A DNA stretch of 64,000 nt from a virus, in the IMG/VR virus record IMGVR_UViG_3300047160_002226, positions 52,150-116,149 of that record; one strand, written 5' to 3'. Below are positions 57,651 through 64,000 of this stretch, piece after piece. Every line of letters starts with the position of its first letter. The first letter of the stretch is position 1. Below the pieces are notes generated by a model that searched no databases, had not been told where the DNA came from, and worked only from the letters and a program-made list of their open reading frames with translations. A program made the translations under genes and the position numbers.

Positions 57651-57720
57651 TGCCAGGTGGTGTAAGTAGCACACGAGCGGTTCAACCCTCTTGGTGCGGG
57701 TGCAAGTCCCGCCCTGGTAT
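57651..57720 (+). tRNA. Degenerate tRNA / tRNA-like element (anticodon uncertain; TCA central)
   Basis: TGCCAGG/CCTGGTA acceptor; GTGT..GCAC D stem; GCGGG-TGCAAGT-CCCGC T arm; irregular anticodon arm. Confidence 0.6.
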
Positions 57721-57807
57721 TTCTCTCGTCTCTCCTCAACAGTTCGTCATAGTAAGAAGCCTCACTCAGAGGCTTGCGGTCCCTCTTTAGCTACTTAAAG
57801 GATCTAT

Positions 57808-59841
57808 ATGTCACCTATCATCAACGAGCCTGTGCGCTTGAGTCACAGGCATACGGAAACTGCTTCGATCATGGACGTGCGCGATCACGATAGGTTCCGA
57901 CTAGATGATGATTTTGTGGCTTCTTTTGCCCACAAGCAGCCTGTATGGGGGCCAGTTGGGTATGTAACTTACAAGAGGACATACGCTCGCCCATTGGGTG
58001 AAGGCAAGAGCGAAGAGTACTGGCAAACAGTAGCTCGTGTCATCAACGGTGTGTACACAGTACAAAAGTGGCACTGCAACCGCTTCGGGCTTCCCTGGAA
58101 GGACTCCAAGGCACAGCGCTCAGCTCAGGAGATGTTCCGCCTGATGTGGGAGATGAAGTTCCTTCCACCAGGTCGCGGCCTTTGGATGATGGGCACTCCT
58201 TACATCGAGAAGTACGGGAGCGCCGCACTCAACAATTGTGGCTTCGTTTCCACAAAGGATATTGACCAGAATTTCTCTGAGCCATTCATGTTCCTCATGG
58301 ACTACTCCATGCTTGGTGTAGGGATTGGAGGAGATACCAGAGGAGTTGGAAAGGTCGAGATACACAAGCCTATCTACGGCGATGATGTTCATGTTGTAGA
58401 GGATAGCCGTGAGGGCTGGGTTGAGATTGCCCGTCGTACTCTCGATGCGTACGTCCACAAGGACACACTTCCTCTAGATGTTGACTACAGCCTCGTTCGT
58501 CCAGCAGGAGCCCCGATCAAGGGCTTCGGAGGCACAGCGGCAGGCCCAGATCCACTCAAGCGCCTTGTCAATGAGATCCATCGTGTACTCAACAAGCTCG
58601 TTGGGAAGCTCATTACCTCAGAAGCGATTGTTGACCTATTTGATTTGATAGGCGTTTGCGTCGTTTCTGGGAATGTCCGTCGCAGTGCGATCATTATGTA
58701 CGGCGATCCCAAGGATAAGGAATTCCTAGATCTCAAGAATCCAATGGTATCCAAAGAGGAGATGCTCTCTCATCGTTGGGCTTCCAACAATAGCGTGCTA
58801 TGCACACAGGGAGCTAACTACGCTGACCCAGCGTCGATCTCCGCTCGTGCTGGAGAGCCTGGCTACCTGTGGCTAGAGAATGCCCGCCAATTTGGTCGGA
58901 TGGGTCGTCCAGCGGATTACCAAGACATGCTGTCGATGGGCACGAATCCGTGTGGAGAGCAAGTACTTGAAGATGGTGAACTCTGCTGCCTTTGTGAGAC
59001 GTTCCCCTCTCGTCACGACAACTACGACGAATACGAGCGAACACTCAAGTTCTCATACCTCTACGCCAAGACAGTCACGCTTATCCCGACACATTCTAGG
59101 AAAACCAACGCTGTAACACTCCGCAATCGTCGCATCGGTCTTTCACAGTCAGGGATCATTCAGAGCTTCCAGAAGCATGGACGTAGGACTCATCTCAAGT
59201 GGTGTGAACGAGGTTACGACTACATCACCAAGCTCGATGAGATCTACGCCAATTGGCTCTGCGTTCCCCGTTCAAAGCGTCGTACAACAGTCAAACCTTC
59301 TGGCTCCGTTTCCCTCCTACCTGGCGTTACCCCAGGGATCCACTACGAACACAGTGAGTTCTATTTGCGGGCTATCCGCTGTGCCAAGACTAGTCCTCTT
59401 GTCGCAATGCACCGAAACGCTGGTTACAAGGTCGAGGACGACATCTACGACCAGGCCAGGAATACGTCCGTAATTTTCTTCCCAATCAAGGCACAACACT
59501 TTGATAGGGCCAAGAAGAGCGTGTCGATGTTTGAGCAATTGGAGAATGCGGCACAGATGCAACATTCGTGGTCAGACAACAGTGTGTCGATCACTGTGAC
59601 CTTCCAGCCTGACGAGGCGAAGGACATTGCTCACGCTCTCGAACTCTACGAGAGCCGCCTCAAGACTGTATCTTTCCTCCCTTACTCGAACGACTACGAG
59701 CAGGCTCCTTACACGGAGATCACTGAGGAAGAATACAAAAAGGCAATCAAAAACCTCAAGCCCATAGACTATAGTAGGGTCATGAACGACACCGTCGAGA
59801 AGTTCTGTGAGAGCGACGTGTGTATGATTCCCAAGAGGTAA
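57808..59841 (+). CDS. nrdJ: Class II (adenosylcobalamin) monomeric ribonucleotide reductase
   Basis: PPGRGLW, GNVRRSA, TNPCGEQ, TTVKPSGSVS, C-terminal FCESDVC. Confidence 0.95.
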   Translation: MSPIINEPVRLSHRHTETASIMDVRDHDRFRLDDDFVASFAHKQPVWGPVGYVTYKRTYARPLGEGKSEEYWQTVARVINGVYTVQKWHCNRFGLPWKDSKAQRSAQEMFRLMWEMKFLPPGRGLWMMGTPYIEKYGSAALNNCGFVSTKDIDQNFSEPFMFLMDYSMLGVGIGGDTRGVGKVEIHKPIYGDDVHVVEDSREGWVEIARRTLDAYVHKDTLPLDVDYSLVRPAGAPIKGFGGTAAGPDPLKRLVNEIHRVLNKLVGKLITSEAIVDLFDLIGVCVVSGNVRRSAIIMYGDPKDKEFLDLKNPMVSKEEMLSHRWASNNSVLCTQGANYADPASISARAGEPGYLWLENARQFGRMGRPADYQDMLSMGTNPCGEQVLEDGELCCLCETFPSRHDNYDEYERTLKFSYLYAKTVTLIPTHSRKTNAVTLRNRRIGLSQSGIIQSFQKHGRRTHLKWCERGYDYITKLDEIYANWLCVPRSKRRTTVKPSGSVSLLPGVTPGIHYEHSEFYLRAIRCAKTSPLVAMHRNAGYKVEDDIYDQARNTSVIFFPIKAQHFDRAKKSVSMFEQLENAAQMQHSWSDNSVSITVTFQPDEAKDIAHALELYESRLKTVSFLPYSNDYEQAPYTEITEEEYKKAIKNLKPIDYSRVMNDTVEKFCESDVCMIPKR

Positions 59842-59842
59842 T

Positions 59843-60382
59843 ATGGCTGAGGTCAATTGGGTCGATAAGGAATGCAAGGAAACAGAATGGTGGACGCCTC
59901 GTAAGATTCTGGATTGCGTTGACACGTTCTACGGCGGGCAGATCCCCCTTGACCCTGCTACCCATCCCTCAAACCCTACCAAGGCGAAGAAGTTTTTCAC
60001 TAAGGACAATGACGGGCTCTCTCAGAAATGGGACGAGCCCGTCTTCGTCAATCCTCCCTACGGGAAGGGAATCAGAGATTGGTGTGAAGCTATCTGGCGT
60101 CACTCTCTGATTGGCCTCCCTATCATTGCTCTCCTGCCTTGTGGGGCTCGCTTCTCCACTCGCTACTGGCAGAACTTCATCTTGTCTGAGAGGCTGCACG
60201 CTATCTGCTTTGTTCGGTCCCGTGTGAAGTTCCTTCGGGAAGACGGGACTCCCCGCCCGCAGAATCCCTATGACTCCGCTATCTACGCTTACAACGTCAT
60301 AGGGCTTGACCGAGAGTCTCTATTTACGGAGACCTTCTGTCCTCTTGGGAAGTGCCTAAGAGTCAGCATCGCTGAGGCTTAG
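59843..60382 (+). CDS. Phage N6-adenine DNA methyltransferase (Dam_phage-type)
   Basis: W.TP, LDPA, DGL.Q.W, FVNPPY. Confidence 0.88.
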   Translation: MAEVNWVDKECKETEWWTPRKILDCVDTFYGGQIPLDPATHPSNPTKAKKFFTKDNDGLSQKWDEPVFVNPPYGKGIRDWCEAIWRHSLIGLPIIALLPCGARFSTRYWQNFILSERLHAICFVRSRVKFLREDGTPRPQNPYDSAIYAYNVIGLDRESLFTETFCPLGKCLRVSIAEA

Positions 60383-60450
60383 AAAATTCCGCTTTTCGCT
60401 TGCTCACACTGCTAACAGGCGTAATCTGTGCGATAGGAAAGGTGTGAGTC

Positions 60451-60603
60451 ATGAGCGACTTCTTTAGCGCGGTCGGCCAGTTCTTCTCGGCTCTCGTTTC
60501 CCTGGGCCTCAATGTCAGCGTCCAGGTGGACAAGTCTAAGACCGTCGTGGACGTGAGCACGTCCAAGAGTGACCTCAAGTTCCACGTCGAGGTCGAGCCG
60601 TGA
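60451..60603 (+). CDS. Small hypothetical protein (50 aa; below ORF-track cutoff)
   Basis: GGAAAGGT RBS; MSDFFSAVGQFFSALVSLGL...VEVEP*. Confidence 0.5.
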   Translation: MSDFFSAVGQFFSALVSLGLNVSVQVDKSKTVVDVSTSKSDLKFHVEVEP

Positions 60604-60802
60604 GCGCCAGCAAGAAGAAGGCCAAGACGGAAGAGGCATGGCCTCTTCCTACGCCTATTTCCTTCCGTTCGGACGAGGCCATAATCGAGTCACTCATTCC
60701 GCACGTAGAGCTTAGGAAGAAACGGCGCCCGAAGAAAAACTCTCCGCGCTCTTGACGCGATGAGGCCGATAAACGAAGATACAGCCGTAAGTGAGGTGTC
60801 CG

Positions 60803-61018
60803 ATGCTTCACGACGCAGAACTAGAGAGAGCCAAGCCCAAGGGCGACCCAAACTGCCCCGTCTGTGGCGGCAAGCTGTTCGTACACGCCATGAAGGCGGA
60901 TCGTGTGATGCGGATCTTCGCCTGCGAATTCTGTGCTCCGACCATGACTGACGATGAAGCTGACATCCTTCACTTTGAGGCCAACTGCTGTGAGGACGTT
61001 GGGGAGGAGCTGCGATGA
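60803..61018 (+). CDS. Small Zn-ribbon protein
   Basis: CPVC...CEFC; GAGGTG RBS. Confidence 0.55.
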   Translation: MLHDAELERAKPKGDPNCPVCGGKLFVHAMKADRVMRIFACEFCAPTMTDDEADILHFEANCCEDVGEELR

Positions 61019-61311
61019 ACGGCGACGAGTTCCAAGATGAGATGACGGATCTCATCGACAAGGCTCTGGAGCGTGTTCGTGCCAGCCACGAGCGCCTCGC
61101 CTTCTTGCCTGCTTTCGCGCAGGAGTTCCACGATTGGGACATCCGCGTTATGCACAGGCAAGCCGTCATGGAGCACCAGCTCAAGCTGGCCCAGCTCGTT
61201 GAGAGCATGGGAGATCATCCACCCAAAGAGGTTGGGCACTTTCACCAGGCTACCTGGCGGCTCGCTGCCCATACGATAGCGAAGGCTATCAGGGAGGCTA
61301 AGGTCGAATGA
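61015..61311 (+). CDS. Hypothetical protein
   Basis: GGAGG RBS; ATGA coupling. Confidence 0.6.
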   Translation: MNGDEFQDEMTDLIDKALERVRASHERLAFLPAFAQEFHDWDIRVMHRQAVMEHQLKLAQLVESMGDHPPKEVGHFHQATWRLAAHTIAKAIREAKVE

Positions 61312-61475
61312 GCTTCGTTGTACGCGCTCCAGACCATGCGGGCTATCTGTACGAGAAAGGCGACCGTTACTACGTTGTCAAGAAGCAAACAAACGCAACC
61401 CGCTTCTCATGGAGCGCAGCTTGTATGGCTGCTCTGGCGTCAGGAGGCATGGTCGTGCGCCTGACCAAGACCTAA
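61308..61475 (+). CDS. Small hypothetical protein (55 aa)
   Basis: ATGA coupling; MSFVVRAPDHAGYLY...RLTKT*. Confidence 0.5.
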   Translation: MSFVVRAPDHAGYLYEKGDRYYVVKKQTNATRFSWSAACMAALASGGMVVRLTKT

Positions 61476-61513
61476 TAACGCAACTGGACGATTTCTGTTT
61501 TGGGAGGAGTGCT

Positions 61514-62023
61514 GTGGTGGAGTCCATTTTGCTTATCATTGACATGCAGCCCCGTTTCGAGGCTGCGAACAACATGCCGACGCGCATGGCGGTCTTGCGT
61601 GAGATCGCCAAGGCCAAGGCCATGAACATGCCCGTTATCGTGGTCGAGTTCGACGGCTCTGGGCTCTCCCACCAGGAGATCCTCGAAGCGGTCAAGGACT
61701 ACGGGCGCACGGTGCGTGTTCTCAAGCAACAGGACGACGGCTCCAACGAGGTGCTGCGCGCCTGCACTGTGCAGGGCTGGGAGCCGATCTCCTTCACCGT
61801 CGTCGGTGTCAACACGGACGCTTGCGTGGCGCGCACCGTCAACGGGCTGCTCTATCTCAGGCCCAGCGTCAAGATCGAAGTCGTGAAGGACGCTGTCAAC
61901 GGTGACACCTTCACGAATTCGTGGTGTGGCCTCAGAGCGCTCTCGCGCAACAATCGGAACCTCATGATCGCGGGCGACGAGGTGATTCCGTTCGAGCCTG
62001 TCGTCTTCCCGCAGGCTGCGTGA
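61514..62023 (+). CDS. Isochorismatase-family cysteine hydrolase 1
   Basis: LLIIDMQ..F, K, VGVNTDACV..T; GGAGG RBS. Confidence 0.85.
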   Translation: MVESILLIIDMQPRFEAANNMPTRMAVLREIAKAKAMNMPVIVVEFDGSGLSHQEILEAVKDYGRTVRVLKQQDDGSNEVLRACTVQGWEPISFTVVGVNTDACVARTVNGLLYLRPSVKIEVVKDAVNGDTFTNSWCGLRALSRNNRNLMIAGDEVIPFEPVVFPQAA

Positions 62024-62026
62024 CTT

Positions 62027-62563
62027 GTGGCGCGGAAGAAGGCCAAGCGCACTAAGCGCACTACTACTGTCCTTGTCGTGGTCGATATGCAGGCGTGCTT
62101 CGACGCGAGCTGGAGCTGGCGCACCTTCGTAGCGGTGGGCCAGCTCATCAAAAAGGCCAAGCGCAAGAATCGGCCAATCGTATTCCTCGAATACGGGTCA
62201 GATGATCGGACCTATCCGCAGCTCCGTGATCTGGTCTACAACCACGACGGGCATTGCTGTGCTGACGGCGAAGAGACCCCGAATCAGTACGCCAAGGCCG
62301 TTTTCAAGACGAAGCACGAAAACGACGGCAGTGACCAGGTTCGAGAAGCCTGTGAAGCCCAGAAGTGGGCCACAGACGCTTTCGAGGTCTGCGGAGTCAA
62401 TACCCAGGCTTGTGTAAAAGCTACCGTGCATGGGCTCTCCAAGAAGTTCCCGCAGGCAACTATTACACTCGTTGAACAGGCGTGCAATGACTGTTGCCGC
62501 GACGGACAGGACTTCCACTGGACGGAGCGCATGAAGAACGTGTCTGTTAGACGGGCCGCATAG
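62027..62563 (+). CDS. Isochorismatase-family cysteine hydrolase 2
   Basis: LVVVDMQ..F, K, CGVNTQACV..T. Confidence 0.85.
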   Translation: MARKKAKRTKRTTTVLVVVDMQACFDASWSWRTFVAVGQLIKKAKRKNRPIVFLEYGSDDRTYPQLRDLVYNHDGHCCADGEETPNQYAKAVFKTKHENDGSDQVREACEAQKWATDAFEVCGVNTQACVKATVHGLSKKFPQATITLVEQACNDCCRDGQDFHWTERMKNVSVRRAA

Positions 62564-62638
62564 CTATCACAGAGAAAAGTTGCGATAGAGCTTGCGCACC
62601 GTCATTCTCATGGGATCATGGCGTCTGTGAGGTGAGAT

Positions 62639-63226
62639 GTGGCTACGAGAATGAAGAAGGCCAAGGTTCTTCCCCCGCTCTGGGACGGTGCCGCCAACAT
62701 GGCCGAAGGCGTCTACACGCTGACGGAAGCCGTGGAGAACCCTATCCGCGACAAGCGCTCCAGCCGTGACTGGAACACTCCGACCTTCCACAAGGGCCAG
62801 AGGTTCGTGATCCGCCCGTACGACCGTCTGCGGGTTGCCTACGACGAGGAGGAGATCAAGGCGCTCCCGCAAGCGGTGCAGGAGAAGCGATACACCATGA
62901 TGCTGACCTTCTGGCCCAGGGAGTACAGCGGGTGGCTCTTCGCGAACGCTAGCAGCGACGACAGTGACAACTACAACGCTCGTCAGACCGTGCTGCTTCT
63001 CAATGCCCTGCTCCCGAAGCTCAAGCTGGAGCCCGAGAACCTTGGCACGCTGATCGCGTTCGAGGAAGGGTTCAAGGGCAACCTGGACTCCGTCGTGGCG
63101 CTCCTGCTGGACGAGGGCAAGGTCACGCTGGACGAGCTGCGCAAGCTCAACACGCGCGCCTACGATCTCTACGACGACGACAAGGAAGCGGAGCGCCTGG
63201 CTTTCGAGCGCAGGCACGGAATCTGA
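62639..63226 (+). CDS. Hypothetical protein
   Basis: GC3-rich ORF; GAGGTG RBS. Confidence 0.65.
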   Translation: MATRMKKAKVLPPLWDGAANMAEGVYTLTEAVENPIRDKRSSRDWNTPTFHKGQRFVIRPYDRLRVAYDEEEIKALPQAVQEKRYTMMLTFWPREYSGWLFANASSDDSDNYNARQTVLLLNALLPKLKLEPENLGTLIAFEEGFKGNLDSVVALLLDEGKVTLDELRKLNTRAYDLYDDDKEAERLAFERRHGI

Positions 63227-63243
63227 CCATGGAGGAGACCTGT

Positions 63244-64000
63244 ATGGCACTGTTGGGGGGCGTTATCGTTATCGGAACGTTTGTTGCCGTCGCCGTAGTG
63301 CGGCGGCTACACATCGCGGCTCAGCAGGCGAATGACGGTCTAGCTGCACGGGACATCTTCGTCTCGATGGCAGCTCATGATCTCCGTAACCCGTTGAACG
63401 CGATTCTTCTGGCAACCGCAACCATGCGGCGCAAGGGAGATACACCACAACAGGTCAAGGATAGACTTCTCGTCGTTGAGTCAGCAGCCCGTCGAGCTGC
63501 TCGCCTCATCGACGGGCTCCTAGACATCTCGCGGATCTCTGCAGATCGCTTCACGCTGGAGCCAGAGGAAGCTGACTTCATGGAGGTGGTCAACGAAGCG
63601 GTGGAGCTGGAGCACACGATGTCCAAGAGCCCCATCGTTGTCTCCGTCGAGGGTCCACAAGCTCTATTCGGCTACTTTGACAAGCTCCGCGTCGAGCAGG
63701 TCGTTACTAACCTCGTGTCCAACGCGGTCAAGTACGGCAATAGCAAGCCCGTATCTGTCAAGGTGATCTCTTACAATGGCACGATGGGCATCGTGGTCAC
63801 TGACCATGGGCTCGGAATGTCGAAGGAGGACCAGTCCAGAATCTTCCATCGCTTTGAGCGAGTTGGCGCTAAGACCAAGGCTGGATATGGGCTCGGACTC
63901 TGGATCGTATCGAGCATCGTTGAAGCGATGCACGGTTCGATCAAGCTGGAGAGCGAGCTTGGCAAGGGTTCCACCTTCACGGTGACTCTGCCTCGCTTCC
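63244..64000 (+). CDS. Histidine kinase (single TM + HisKA + HATPase_c); runs off window, absent from ORF track
   Basis: Manual translation: H-box AAHDLRNPL, N-box QVVTNLVSNAVKY, G1 DHGLG, F-box IFHRFER, G2 GYGLGL, GKGSTFTVTLP; GGAGG RBS. Confidence 0.92.
   Translation, partial: MALLGGVIVIGTFVAVAVVRRLHIAAQQANDGLAARDIFVSMAAHDLRNPLNAILLATATMRRKGDTPQQVKDRLLVVESAARRAARLIDGLLDISRISADRFTLEPEEADFMEVVNEAVELEHTMSKSPIVVSVEGPQALFGYFDKLRVEQVVTNLVSNAVKYGNSKPVSVKVISYNGTMGIVVTDHGLGMSKEDQSRIFHRFERVGAKTKAGYGLGLWIVSSIVEAMHGSIKLESELGKGSTFTVTLPRF

Noticed and set aside
57721-57807. Cobalamin riboswitch or NrdR box before nrdJ
   Set aside because: Spacer is short, has only a 7-bp hairpin (AAGCCTC/GAGGCTT), and shows no B12-box or NrdR consensus.
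33540-59841. Inteins or introns in pol, helicase, terL or nrdJ
   Set aside because: Motifs are contiguous, lengths are ordinary, and no C...HN splice or LAGLIDADG motifs were seen.
1-64000. Stop-codon reassignment suggested by the UCA-like tRNA
   Set aside because: Core genes are uninterrupted in the standard code and end in all three stop codons.

Overview
The window is part of a large tailed dsDNA phage (myovirus with T4-like structural proteins). Every credible gene is on the + strand, and TAA, TAG and TGA are all used as stops. Gene order: 3' end of the major capsid gene; neck, tail sheath and tube, tail chaperone, tape measure, baseplate and fibre genes (0-26 kb); a replication/recombination module with SF2 helicase, DnaB, primase, UDG-fused PolA, m4C/m6A MTase, SSB, RecA, 5' exonuclease, Mre11/Rad50, dUTPase and RusA (28-48 kb); sigma-like and Mor-like regulators, terminase, portal, HU and a gpF-like head protein (48-54 kb); and an accessory region with tRNAs, a glycosyltransferase, class II RNR, a Dam-like MTase, tandem cysteine hydrolases and a histidine kinase missing from the ORF track (54-64 kb). 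Best leads: a candidate +1 frameshift (UUU_CGU) in the tail chaperone, a pseudoknot/switch-like intergenic RNA ahead of a classical C2H2 zinc-finger gene, a sensor-less phage histidine kinase, tandem isochorismatase-family paralogues, non-canonical tRNAs, and apparent avoidance of CCGG. All calls come from motif recognition by eye; no database searches were run.
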